Source: Balanoglossus misakiensis
Taxonomy: Eukaryota; Animalia; Hemichordata
NCBI GenBank assembly: GCA_040954595.2
Contig: CM082577.2
Span: 16,809,903-16,873,902, forward strand
Length of the DNA: 64,000 nucleotides
Direction of reading: 5' to 3'
Positions 15,001-28,149 of the stretch are shown in pieces. Below the pieces are notes generated by a model that was not told where the DNA came from, ran no database searches, and was given only the letters and a program-made list of their open reading frames with translations. A program made the translations under genes and the position numbers. The stretch's first letter is position 1. Every line of letters begins with the position of its first letter.

Positions 15001-18000
15001 CATATAGTCTTTCATTGGTATGGACTCTCATGTGTGCTGTTAAGTTCCCATTTTGGGTAAAATGTTTACCACATATTTTGCACTCATATAGTCTTTCGTG
15101 GGTATGGACTCTCAAGTGTGCTGTTAAGTTCCCATTTCGGGTGAAACGTTTACCACATATTTTGCACTCATATAGTCTTTCATTGGTATGGACTCTCATG
15201 TGTGCTGTTAAGTTCCCATTTAGGGTGAAACGTTTACCACATATTTTGCACTCATATAGTCTTTCGTGGGTATGGACTCTCAAGTGTGCTGTTAAGTTCC
15301 CATTTCGGGTGAAACGTTTACCACATATTTTGCACTCATGTAGTCTTTCATTGGTATGGACTCTCATGTGTGCTGTTAAGTTCCCATTTAGGGTGAAACG
15401 TTTACCACATATTTTGCACTCATATAGTCTTTCATTGGTATGGACTCTCATGTGTGCTGTTAAGTTCCCATTTAGGGTGAAACGTTTACCACATATTTTG
15501 CACTCATATAGTCTTTCGTGGGTATGGACTCTCAAGTGTGCTGTTAAGTTCCTATTTCGGGTGAAACGTTTACCACATATTTTGCACTCATATAGTCTTT
15601 CATTGGTATGGACTCTCAAGTGTGCTGTTAAGTTCCCATTTCGGGTGAAACGTTTACCACATATTTTGCACTCATATAGTCTTTCATTGGTATGGACTCT
15701 CATGTGTGCTGTTAAGTTCCCATTTAGGGTGAAACGTTTACCACATATTTTGCACTCATGTAGTCTTTCATTGGTATGGACTCTCATGTGTGCTGTTAAG
15801 TTCCCATTTCGGGTGAAACGTTTAAGACATATTTTGCACTCATATAGTCTTTCATTGGTATGGACTCTCATGTGTGCTGTTAAGTTCCCATTTAGGGTGA
15901 AACATTTACCACATATTTTGCACTCATATAGTCTTTCGTGGGTATGGACTCTCAAGTGTGCTGTTAAGTTCCCATTTCGGGTGAAACGTTTACCACATAT
16001 TTTGCACTCATATAGTCTTTCGTGGGTATGGACTATCCAGTGTGCTATTAAGTTCCCATTTAGGGTGAAACGTTTACCACATATTTTGCACTCATATGGT
16101 CTTTCGTGGGTATGGACTCTCAAGTGTGCTGTTAAGTTCCCATTTCGGGTGAAACGTTTACCACATATTTTGCACTCATATAGTCTTTCATGGGTATGGA
16201 CTCTCAAGTGTGCTTTTAAGTTCCCATTCTCGCCAAAACATTTACCACATATTTTGCACTCATATGATCTTTCGTGGGTATGGACTCTCAAGTGTGCTGT
16301 TAAGTTCCCATTTAGGGTGAAACGTTTACCACACATTTTGCACTCATATAGTCTTTCATTGGTATGGACTCTCAAATGTGCTTTTAAGTTCCCATTTCGG
16401 GTGAAACGTTTACCACATATTTTGCACTCATATAGTCTTTCATTGGTATGGACTCTCAAATGTGCTTTTAAGTTCCCATTTCGGGTGAAACGTTTACCAC
16501 ATATTTTGCACTCATATAGTCTTTCATTGGTATGGACTCTCATGTGTGCTGTTAAGTTCCCATTTTGGGTAAAATGTTTACCACATATTTTGCACTCATA
16601 TAGTCTTTCGTGGGTATGGACTCTCAAGTGTGCTGTTAAGTTCCCATTTCGGGTGAAACGTTTACCACATATTTTGCACTCATGTAGTCTTTCATTGGTA
16701 TGGACTCTCATGTGTGCTGTTAAGTTCCCATTTAGGGTGAAACGTTTACCACATATTTTGCACTCATATGATCTTTCGTGGGTATGGACTCTCAAGTGTG
16801 CTGTTAAGTTCCCATTTAGGGTGAAACGTTTACCACACATTTTGCATTCAAAAGGTTTTTCATTGGTATGGACTCTCAAGTGTGCTGTTAAGTTTCCATT
16901 TCGGGTGAAACGTTTACCACATATTTTGCACTCATATAGTCTTTCATTGGTATGGACTCTCAAGTGTGCTGTTAAGTTCCCATTTCGGGTGAAACGTTTA
17001 CCACATATTTTGCACTCATATAGTCTTTCATTGGTATGGACTCTCATGTGTGCTGTTAAGTTCCCATTTAGGGTGAAACGTTTACCACATATTTTGCACT
17101 CATGTAGTCTTTCATTGGTATGGACTCTCATGTGTGCTGTTAAGTTCCCATTTCGGGTGAAACGTTTACCACATATTTTGCACTCATATAGTCTTTCATT
17201 GGTATGGACTCTCATGTGTGCTGTTAAGTTCCCATTTAGGGTGAAACATTTACCACATATTTTGCACTCATATAGTCTTTCGTGGGTATGGACTCTCAAG
17301 TGTGCTGTTAAGTTCCCATTTCGGGTGAAACGTTTACCACATATTTTGCACTCATATATTCTTTCGTGGGTATGGACTATCCAGTGTGCTATTAAGTTCC
17401 CATTTAGGGTGAAACGTTTACCACATATTTTGCACTCATATGGTATTTCGTGGGTATGGACTCTCAAGTGTGCTGTTAAGTTCCCATTTCGGGTGAAACG
17501 TTTACCACATATTTTGCACTCATATAGTCTTTCATGGGTATGGACTCTCAAGTGTGCTTTTAAGTTCCCATTTAGGGTGAAACGTTTACCACATATTTTG
17601 CACTCATATAGTCTTTCATTGGTATGGACTCTCATGTGTGCTGTTAAGTTCCCATTTAGGGTGAAACGTTTACCACATATTTTGCACTCATATGATCTTT
17701 CGTGGGTATGGACTCTCAAGTGTGCTGTTAAGTTCCCATTTAGGGTGAAACGTTTACCACACATTTTGCATTCAAAAGGTTTTTCATTGGTATGGACTCT
17801 CAAGTGTGCTGTTAAGTTTCCATTTCGGGTGAAACGTTTACCACATATTTTGCACTCATATAGTCTTTCATTGGTATGGACTCTCAAGTGTGCTGTTAAG
17901 TTCCCATTTCGGGTGAAACGTTTACCACATATTTTGCACTCATATAGTCTTTCATTGGTATGGACTCTCATGTGTGCTGTTAAGTTCCCATTTAGGGTGA

Positions 18001-21000
18001 AACGTTTACCACATATTTTGCACTCATGTAGTCTTTCATTGGTATGGACTCTCATGTGTGCTGTTAAGTTCCCATTTCGGGTGAAACGTTTACCACATAT
18101 TTTGCACTCATATAGTCTTTCATTGGTATGGACTCTCATGTGTGCTGTTAAGTTCCCATTTAGGGTGAAACATTTACCACATATTTTGCACTCATATAGT
18201 CTTTCGTGGGTATGGACTCTCAAGTGTGCTGTTAAGTTCCCATTTCGGGTGAAACGTTTACCACATATTTTGCACTCATATATTCTTTCGTGGGTATGGA
18301 CTATCCAGTGTGCTATTAAGTTCCCATTTAGGGTGAAACGTTTACCACATATTTTGCACTCATATGGTATTTCGTGGGTATGGACTCTCAAGTGTGCTGT
18401 TAAGTTCCCATTTCGGGTGAAACGTTTACCACATATTTTGCACTCATATAGTCTTTCATGGGTATGGACTCTCAAGTGTGCTTTTAAGTTCCCATTTAGG
18501 GTGAAACGTTTACCACATATTTTGCACTCATATAGTCTTTCATTGGTATGGACTCTCATGTGTGCTGTTAAGTTCCCATTTAGGGTGAAACGTTTACCAC
18601 ATATTTTGCACTCATATAGTCTTTCATTGGTATGGACTCTCAAGTGTGCTGTTAAGTTCCCATTTCCGGTGAAATGTTTACCACATATTTTGCACTCATA
18701 TTGTCTTTCATGGGTATGGACTCTCAATTGTGCTGTTAAGTTCCCATTTAGGGTGAAACGTTTACCACATATTTTGCACTCATATAGTCTTTCGTGGGTA
18801 TTGACTCTCAATTGTGCTGTTAAGTTCCCATTTAGGGTGAAACGTTTACCACATATTTTGCACTCATATAGTCTTTCATTGGTATGGACTCTCAAGTGTG
18901 CTGTTAAGTTCCCATTTCCGGTGAAATGTTTACCACATATTTTGCACTCATATTGTCTTTCATGGGTATGGACTCTCAATTGTGCTGTTAAGTTCCCATT
19001 TAGGGTGAAACGTTTACCACATATTTTGCGCTCATATAGTCTTTCGTGGGTATTGACTCTCAAGTGTGCTATTAAGTTCCCATTTCCGGTGAAATGTTTA
19101 CCACATATTTTGCACTCATATTGTCTTTCATGGGTATGGACTCTCAAGTGTGCTGTTAAGTTCCCATTTCCGGTGAATTGTTTACCACATATTTTGCACT
19201 CATATAGTCTTTCATGGGTATGGACTCTCAAGTGTGCTGTTAAGTTCCCATTTCCGGTGAATTGTTTACCACATATTTTACACTCATATTGTCTTTCATG
19301 GGTATGGACTCTCAAGTGTGCTGTTAAGTTCCCATTTAGGGTGAAATGTTTACCACATATTTTGCACTCATATAGTCTTTTGTGGGTATTGACTCTCAAG
19401 TGTGCTGTTAAGTTCCCATTTCCGGTGAAATGTTTACCACATATTTTGCACTCATGTAGTCTTTCATTGGTATGGACTCTCATGTGTGCTGTTAAGTTCC
19501 CATTTCGGGTGAAACGTTTAAGACATATTTTGCACTCATATAGTCTTTCATTGGTATGGACTCTCATGTGTGCTGTTAAGTTCCCATTTCGGGTGAAATG
19601 TTTACCACATATTTTGCACTCATATAGTCTTTCGTGGGTATGGACTATCAAGTGTGCTGTTAAGTTCCCATTTAGGGTGAAACGTTTACCACATATTTTG
19701 CACTCATATGGTCCTTCGTGGGTATGGACTCTCATGTGTGCTGTTAAGTTCCCATTTCGGGTGAAATGTTTACCACATATTTTGCACTCATATGGTCCTT
19801 CGTGGGTATGGACTCTCATGTGTGCTGTTAAGTTCCCATTTCGGGTGAAATGTTTACCACATATTTTGCACTCATATAGTCTTTCATTGGTATGGACTCT
19901 CATGTGTGCTGTTAAGTTCCCATTTCGGGTGAAACGTTTACCACATATTTTGCACTCATATAGTCTTTCGTGGGTATGGACTATCCAGTGTGCTATTAAG
20001 TTCCCATTTAGGGTGAAACATTTACCACATATTTTGCACTCATATAGTCTTTCGTGGGTATGGACTCTCAAGTGTGCTGTTAAGTTCCCATTTCGGGTGA
20101 AACGTTTACCACATATTTTGCACTCATATAGTCTTTCGTGGGTATGGACTATCCAGTGTGCTATTAAGTTCCCATTTAGGGTGAAACGTTTACCACATAT
20201 TTTGCACTCATATGGTCTTTCGTGGGTATGGACTCTCAAGTGTGCTGTTAAGTTCCCATTTCGGGTGAAACGTTTACCACATATTTTGCACTCATATAGT
20301 CTTTCATGGGTATGGACTCTCAAATGTGCTTTTAAGTTCCCATTCTCGCCAAAACATTTACCACATATTTTGCACTCATATGATCTTTCGTGGGTATGGA
20401 CTCTCAAGTGTGCTGTTAAGTTCCCATTTAGGTTGAAACGTTTACCACACATTTTGCACTCATATAGTCTTTCATTGGTATGGACTCTCAAATGTGCTTT
20501 TAAGTTCCCATTTCGGGTGAAACGTTTACCACATATTTTGCACTCATGTAGTCTTTCATTGGTATGGACTCTCATGTGTGCTGTTAAGTTCCCATTTAGG
20601 GTGAAACGTTTACCACATATTTTGCACTCATATGATCTTTCGTGGGTATGGACTCTCAAGTGTGCTGTTAAGTTCCCATTTAGGGTGAAACGTTTAAGAC
20701 ATATTTTGCACTCATATAGTCTTTCATTGGTATGGACTCTCATGTGTGCTGTTAAGTTCCCATTTAGGGTGAAACATTACCACATATTTTGCACTCATAT
20801 AGTCTTTCGTGGGTATGGACTCTCAAGTGTGCTGTTAAATTCCCATTTCGGGTGAAACGTTTACCACATATTTTGCACTCATATAGTCTTTCATTGGTAT
20901 GGACTCTCATGTGTGCTGTTAAGTTCCCATTTAGGGTGAAACGTTTACCACATATTTTGCACTCATATGATCTTTCGTGGGTATGGACTCTCAAGTGTGC

Positions 21001-23237
21001 TGTTAAGTTCCCATTTAGGGTGAAACGTTTACCACACATTTTGCATTCAAAAGGTTTTTCATTGGTATGGACTCTCAAGTGTGCTGTTAAGTTTCCATTT
21101 CGGGTGAAACGTTTACCACATATTTTGCACTCATATAGTCTTTCATTGGTATGGACTCTCAAGTGTGCTGTTAAGTTCCCATTTCGGGTGAAACGTTTAC
21201 CACATATTTTGCACTCATATAGTCTTTCATTGGTATGGACTCTCATGTGTGCTGTTAAGTTCCCATTTAGGGTGAAACGTTTACCACATATTTTGCACTC
21301 ATGTAGTCTTTCATTGGTATGGACTCTCATGTGTGCTGTTAAGTTCCCATTTCGGGTGAAACGTTTACCACATATTTTGCACTCATTTAGTCTTTCATTG
21401 GTATGGACTCTCATGTGTGCTGTTAAGTTCCCATTTAGGGTGAAACATTTACCACATATTTTGCACTCATATAGTCTTTCGTGGGTATGGACTCTCAAGT
21501 GTGCTGTTAAGTTCCCATTTCGGGTGAAACGTTTACCACATATTTTGCACTCATATATTCTTTCGTGGGTATGGACTATCCAGTGTGCTATTAAGTTCCC
21601 ATTTAGGGTGAAACGTTTACCACATATTTTGCACTCATATGGTCTTTCGTGGGTATGGACTCTCAAGTGTGCTGTTAAGTTCCCATTTCGGGTGAAACGT
21701 TTACCACATATTTTGCACTCATATAGTCTTTCATGGGTATGGACTCTCAAGTGTGCTTTTAAGTTCCCATTTAGGGTGAAACGTTTACCACATATTTTGC
21801 ACTCATATAGTCTTTCATTGGTATGGACTCTCATGTGTGCTGTTAAGTTCCCATTTAGGGTGAAACGTTTACCACATATTTTGCACTCATATAGTCTTTC
21901 ATTGGTATGGACTCTCAAGTGTGCTGTTAAGTTCCCATTTCCGGTGAAATGTTTACCACATATTTTGCACTCATATTGTCTTTCATGGGTATGGACTCTC
22001 AATTGTGCTGTTAAGTTCCCATTTAGGGTGAAACGTTTACCACATATTTTGCACTCATATAGTCTTTCGTGGGTATTGACTCTCAATTGTGCTGTTAAGT
22101 TCCCATTTAGGGTGAAACGTTTACCACATATTTTGCACTCATATAGTCTTTCATTGGTATGGACTCTCAAGTGTGCTGTTAAGTTCCCATTTCCGGTGAA
22201 ATGTTTACCACATATTTTGCACTCATATTGTCTTTCATGGGTATGGACTCTCAATTGTGCTGTTAAGTTCCCATTTAGGGTGAAACGTTTACCACATATT
22301 TTGCACTCATATAGTCTTTCGTGGGTATTGACTCTCAAGTGTGCTGTTAAGTTCCCATTTCCGGTGAAATGTTTACCACATATTTTGCACTCATATTGTC
22401 TTTCATGGGTATGGACTCTCAAGTGTGCTGTTAAGTTCCCATTTCCGGTGAATTGTTTACCACATATTTTGCACTCATATAGTCTTTCATGGGTATGGAC
22501 TCTCAAGTGTGCTGTTAAGTTCCCATTTCCGGTGAATTGTTTACCACATATTTTGCACTCATATTGTCTTTCATGGGTATGGACTCTCAAGTGTGCTGTT
22601 AAGTTCCCATTTAAGGTGAAATGTTTACCACATATTTTGCACTCATATAGTCTTTTGTGGGTATTGACTCTCAAGTGTGCTGTTAAGTTCCCATTTCCGT
22701 TGAAATGTTTACCACATATTTTGCACTCATGTAGTCTTTCATTGGTATGGACTCTCATGTGTGCTGTTAAGTTCCCATTTCGGGTGAAACGTTTAAGACA
22801 TATTTTGCACTCATATAGTCTTTCATTGGTATGGACTCTCATGTGTGCTGTTAAGTTCCCATTTCGGGTGAAATGTTTACCACATATTTTGCACTCATAT
22901 GGTCCTTCGTGGGTATGGACTCTCATGTGTGCTGTTAAGTTCCCATTTCGGGTGAAATGTTTACCACATATTTTGCACTCATATAGTCTTTCATTGGTAT
23001 GGACTCTCATGTGTGCTGTTAAGTTCCCATTTCGGGTGAAACGTTTACCACATATTTTGCACTCATGTAGTCTTTCGTGGGTATGGACTATCCAGTGTGC
23101 TATTAAGTTCCCATTTAGGGTGAAACATTTACCACATATTTTGCACTCATATAGTCTTTCGTGGGTATGGACTCTCAAGTGTGCTGTTAAGTTCCCATTT
23201 CGGGTGAAACGTTTACCACATATTTTGCACTCATATA
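1..23237 (-). repeat. 84-bp tandem array encoding C2H2 zinc fingers (about 276 units), downstream part; runs off the window start
   Basis: The unit translates on the minus strand as YECKICGKRFT(R/L/G)NGNLTAH(L/M)RVHT(H/N)ERL (C-x2-C-x12-H-x3-H, 28 aa). The longest uninterrupted ORF is 12530-20743 (2737 aa, about 98 fingers). Lesions: 1-bp deletions near 393 and 20777, TGA near 1276 and 2710, 6-bp stop-containing insertions near 1445, 2880, 3221 and 12529, and 11-bp deletions near 7414 and 8747. Confidence 0.97.
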
Positions 23238-24725
23238 CAGTCCCAACAGAATAGAACAACTATTTGTACATTTCTGAATACGGCAAGTAGTACGTCAACC
23301 CTACGGGAACTATTGTTAGTTGTAGCAGAGTTTGCTGCAACAATTGTCTAAGGCCCATTTCCTTTTGTTACATTTCCGTAAAAACTACGGCAACTCCTTT
23401 ACGGCAAGCCATTAACAAGGGAAGCTTAACACCTCTACCCGTAAATACTGCTGCAACACCTGTCAATTAGCCCCCACAGGGTGATGCCTTTTGTTCAAGG
23501 TGTTGATTATTTTGCTACAACTAGAGTGATTGACAGGTCTAGAACTAGAGTGCAACATTTTTGCAACAGGTCACTGCAACATTGTATCACAAAGTTTACA
23601 AAAGAAGCTCTGTCTAAAAATAAAATGGCAAAGGGCTGACATCAAATACCAATGAAGTCAGTTTTGGAATGATGTTATGATCATCGACAAAGTCTGAACT
23701 CTCTTGGTAACAGAACAGTCTGTGGACATGAACAGAGGTCAACACATCCCTACCCCAGTGTTGTATAATGCACATGTTTTGCTGGGGTTTCTTTTCTTTC
23801 AAGGAGCTGGACCAATTAATATTTGAGAGATACAGCATGACCAATGGAAAATCAAACACAATGACGCATTTCAAAATTGGGTTTAGCTTAAAAGACATTG
23901 GCTTTCATTTTTTTTGACCTGCTGCCCCCCCCCCCCCCCTTACATGAAGACCCTGATAATAAATAGTAGGCTTGTTTACAAAATAATGTTGGCCTGCAGT
24001 ACCACGATCCGCTGCAGTTTGATCTTTAGAACAGACAAGTTTTGAGAGTCTTGACTATAATTTTGAAGGGTTTCATAAGTAGTAATGGTCTGTATTATTT
24101 CAATATTCTATTATTACGGCAATGGATATACACTCATTTTCCGACGGGCAGTGCTTGAACATGATGGGAAGTGACTGGCAGCAATTAGTTGGCCGGTTTG
24201 GGATGAATGACCTACATGTTTACTCATTATATATTCACGCAATTTGTTTAGTCTAAGCAAGCCCCTGCACTTGGCAGAATTTGGAAACAATTTGCCTGTC
24301 AATCATTGCCTGGCTACCTCTTGCCCCCAAAGTCCGCGCCTGATAAAATACATTCAATGAGCGACCTTTATATCCAGACAGAGAGGGGGTGGCCGCAGTG
24401 AATGAATTGATGGTAAGTTTCAAATTCACATGTAAAATTTTAACATTTTCTGTTCAAATCCAGCCAGTTCAATGTATTGTTTAATCAACATTCCTGAAAT
24501 AAAAAAGTTGACAACAAAGTGATTACTACGAGCGGGCATGCATGACAGTATTGATCGCTGAACTTTCAACAAAATACACTGGTATAGTGGTTTAGTCCAA
24601 ATGCGTCTTTGTCAAGCTCTCGGGTGCGTGAATATTTATGAGAAACTTATTACTGCGAACGTACATTCACAATGTGAAACTAGTCCTATTATTTCAGAGC
24701 ACTTGCCAAATGGTCAAATCATGGT

Positions 24726-24956
24726 GGTAAAAGATGAGTGGCCGGCAAGACCGGGCCTAGACGTCCTCCACCTGTGTCAAACGGCTTTTGATGTGAATAA
24801 TACTTTGCATAAATTACGAGGTCAACATGTGTGGTAGTGCCGGTAGTATCCATCGATCGACCTGGTAAAAAGATGAGCGGCTAGACTTCCTGCTGCCGTG
24901 TCTAACGGCTTTTGACGTGAATAATAATTTGAATAAATTACGAGGTCAACATGTGG
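24726..24956 (+). repeat. Imperfect direct repeat of about 100 bp (2 copies)
   Basis: tggtaaaagatgag...aacggcttttga(t/c)gtgaataata...taaattacgaggtcaacatgtg occurs at about 24726-24835 and 24863-24956. Confidence 0.8.
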
Positions 24957-25310
24957 CCGATTTCATCATGTAAATAAAAAGCACATGGGTCCGAAAGTTT
25001 CAGGCACTCTGATATGCATAGTGGTGTCAGAGGTGTTTCCCACACCAAAACTTAGAAGACAGTCATTTCAATTACGGCCTCCTGCCAAACTCAACACATG
25101 CGCACAAAATGGAACTGCAACTTTATTCACAAATCTGCAGAATTCTAGTGCAAAAAACAGACAAACTCAAAATACACATCGCACCATGGTTCACTCTGAA
25201 TTATTTGGACTTTCACTGGGCCATGTCTCTGCTTGATAGCGTCAGGTTTGCAACACATTGTTGCCAAATTTACACATATTGACAAGGTAATCAAAACAAC
25301 AGGTGTTTTA

Positions 25311-26565
25311 CCACGAAATTCTTTTTACCAGCACCAAACGGCAAACTGGCAACATCGTATTTCTTTCATGCCAGCAACGCGTTATCTCTAAAATTGTAAC
25401 AACGTCACAATGTACTAGACAAAGAGGCGTCCCCCCATCCCAATTGCGCAGTTGAAGTACGTGCGTGTTGAGAGAGAGAGACGTGAACAGAAAGGGGTTG
25501 GAGACTGACTTGAACACGGACGACGAGAGTTGTTTAGCGTGTCGAACGCTGCTCTACGAAGCTCGTAGTTACCTACTGACAGGGACATTTGCGCTGGAAC
25601 GGACTGGGTTCCTCCAGATTGCCGCACGCCGGCGGGTATGAAAGTGTAGGCTAAGACGTCGATCCACCGGCCGGCTGCACTGTTCCCAACATTACCAGCT
25701 CCACGCCACTTTGAGCTGCACCGCGGTCGGATATCCCACCCCGGCTGCCGGACAGCATATGAAGGTGTCTGAGGCCTTTTCTAGTCAAAACTTTGGGGTT
25801 TTCGGAATGGGAAATAGCGGAACAAGAACATGGATATATACTAAATCATGAACGCCAAACAAACACGTTGAAAAAGCCAGATCTGAAAAATTCATGTGGC
25901 GTCCGCCGCTGGGCGCATTGACGCGTCAACGTTTTTTTCAAACAACGTAACCTGTCACGATTGCTGCCACAAACAACAAGTTCATGCGTACGTCGAGAAA
26001 GTTCTCAAGCGGCCGGGTGATCGCGGCAAGGTTAGCGGCAGCCTCGGACGCCCGAATTTGCCACAAAACTATCAGTCCACACAGCAATGCCGTTCAAACT
26101 CTTCCGTCGTATTTATTTCAACACAAATTCAGAATACAACACGACAGTTTGGTACGTCGTCTCTATCCTACACTGCTAATTCTCATCTCAATCTCTAAAA
26201 AAGTTCAACAGACGGGATACACTGCAACCCGCGGCACTAGGAACGGCAAAATTCACGTCTCTGCTTCACAGGAATCTACCGACCTGAAGTGGGAGGAACC
26301 CAGTCCGTTCAAGTACAAATGTCCCGGTAAGAAGGTAACTACGAGCTTCCTAGAGCAGCGTTCGAATCGACACGTCTCTCTCAACACGCACGTACTTCAA
26401 CTGCGCAATAGGGATGGGGGGGGCGCCTATTTGTCTACTAAATTGTGACGTTGTTACAATTTTAGAGATAACGTGTCGGGCCCCCTCAAAGAAAGCCGGT
26501 GGCCCCCTCAAAGAAAGCCGGTGTTGCTAGTTTGGCATTTGTTGCTAGTATTCTGAATGTTGTAG
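25311..26565. mobile_element. MITE/foldback-like element with long (about 230-260 bp) imperfect inverted repeats, flanked by TA
   Basis: 25311-25575 is the reverse complement of about 26333-26565 (gttatctctaaaattgtaacaacgtcacaat vs attgtgacgttgttacaattttagagataac; gttgaagtacgtgcgtgttgagagaga vs tctctcaacacgcacgtacttcaac). TA is at 25309-25310 and 26566-26567. The right arm has a 22-bp tandem duplication at 26479-26522. No coding capacity is evident. Confidence 0.8.
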
Positions 26566-27932
26566 TATTACTCAGGGTATCACTAATGCCAGGGAGGTCC
26601 GTCTGCGTCTATTTGGTCACCAGCATGGCACACGTCCTGTAATTATAATTGCTGTTTTGAGTGCGTCTTTACCTAATTTGAATATCCTGATCAGGTTGTT
26701 GGCCTTGCCCTAGTTGTCTCAAAATGTACATTGATACAAACAATTGCAACATATTAGTCAATACCCTGCCAACTTACGCCAAGTGTACATGTTGTTATGG
26801 AAGTTTATTTTTAGAACCGCTTGCGTTCTGCATAGGTCACAACACAAAACTTTGAAGCCCGTCAGCTAGCCCTGCATAGCGTATGTAAAGCTACTGAGAC
26901 AGGGGAAATATTAGTAAGGTTGACAACTGACTTGCTCGCTATCAAGATTTAGAAGGAATTTATTTGCTTAGTGAGGCCAGGACATTAATTGCCCCCACCC
27001 AAGCAAAATCCACGTGGGTGGAGCTCATTATCACACATAGACATTGCTACAACTATTGTTCACATCAGGGTGATAATCACCTCCCCATTAGCCCTTCTTG
27101 CCGTAACACCTGCCCCAAATTGCTGTAATGGAGCACACATTCTTTTGTTTCAAACTACGGGAACCTTTGTAGTTGCCGTAAACCATGGAGGTACTAGAGA
27201 GAAGGAGCGAGGACGGATTTAAGCGGATTAAATCCCTTTCTTCTGAAGTGTGATAAGCTTCTTAAGTCTTTGTGTTTCTGTGTCGATAGCGTCCTTTGAA
27301 CCCACTGTGTGTTGCCGTCGATTTTACAGTTAGGTTTGCAAGATCTACGGGGTAATATTTCTATGATATTAAAAACGTTATGCGCACATCGCGGACGAGG
27401 GTACTACATATGCGCGGTGACTTTTAAAACATCCAGGGGTCACAGTTTGCGCGTCACCACTACCGGAAGCGTGTCAAGCGGACGTCTGTGAAGGTTTGTA
27501 GCGTTATTTCTCTTGTTTGTACAACCAAAAAGTATGATTTTGAAATGAATATTTTGGGTTTTCCTCAAATTTCCGCAAAAAACAACAAATTCATAGGTTT
27601 TATTTGAAAACCAATCTTCCCGATGCAAGCTATTTTGTTAGTGTGGGATGGTGTGGGATGCCCGATATTCACCATTGTAATTGCCAGTGTAGAGACGTTC
27701 GGCACAGCATTTTGGTCAGGTTTGTCGTGAAAATCATCTCTCAAGGCTGTCCATATAGCATACCACTATGTTTTGGGGGTTTAATTTTTTTTATATGAGA
27801 TAACATGTAGTAACTTCTAGAAAAGGCGAGATTTCATGTTCAGGTCTTTGTTCGTGAACATGTTACGTAAACTGTTCTGGTTGGTACCCATTGTTGTGTA
27901 TTGTCCACAGGCATTGTTACCTCCCGATCCCG

Positions 27933-27958
27933 CATGGAGGTACTAGAGAGACCTCCAT
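27933..27958. other. Internal partial TIR copy forming a small hairpin upstream of the transposase
   Basis: CATGGAGGTACTAGAGAGA (first 19 bp of the TIR) runs directly into ACCTCCAT, the reverse complement of ATGGAGGT. Confidence 0.85.
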
Positions 27959-28149
27959 CGTCTGACTTCAAGGGTTATTATTATTGTTAGCTTCTAATCA
28001 AAGAGCAATCGAAGCATAGTTATTTTTAATATAATAGAATAAACAAGATATGACAAAATTGCTATGTGACAGGAGAACAGTTTCGTATTGTATCGTATGA
28101 AATATGGAGTTTAATTAAGAGAGTATGGTTATTTTTTCCTCCACAGAAA

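Noticed and set aside
1-23237. CRISPR-like or diversity-generating array
   Set aside because: Units are contiguous with no unique spacers, there are no cas or RT genes, and the context is eukaryotic with introns.
23614-27798. Short ORFs inside the outer element and the MITE
   Set aside because: They have no recognisable motifs, and several are mirror translations of the inverted repeats.
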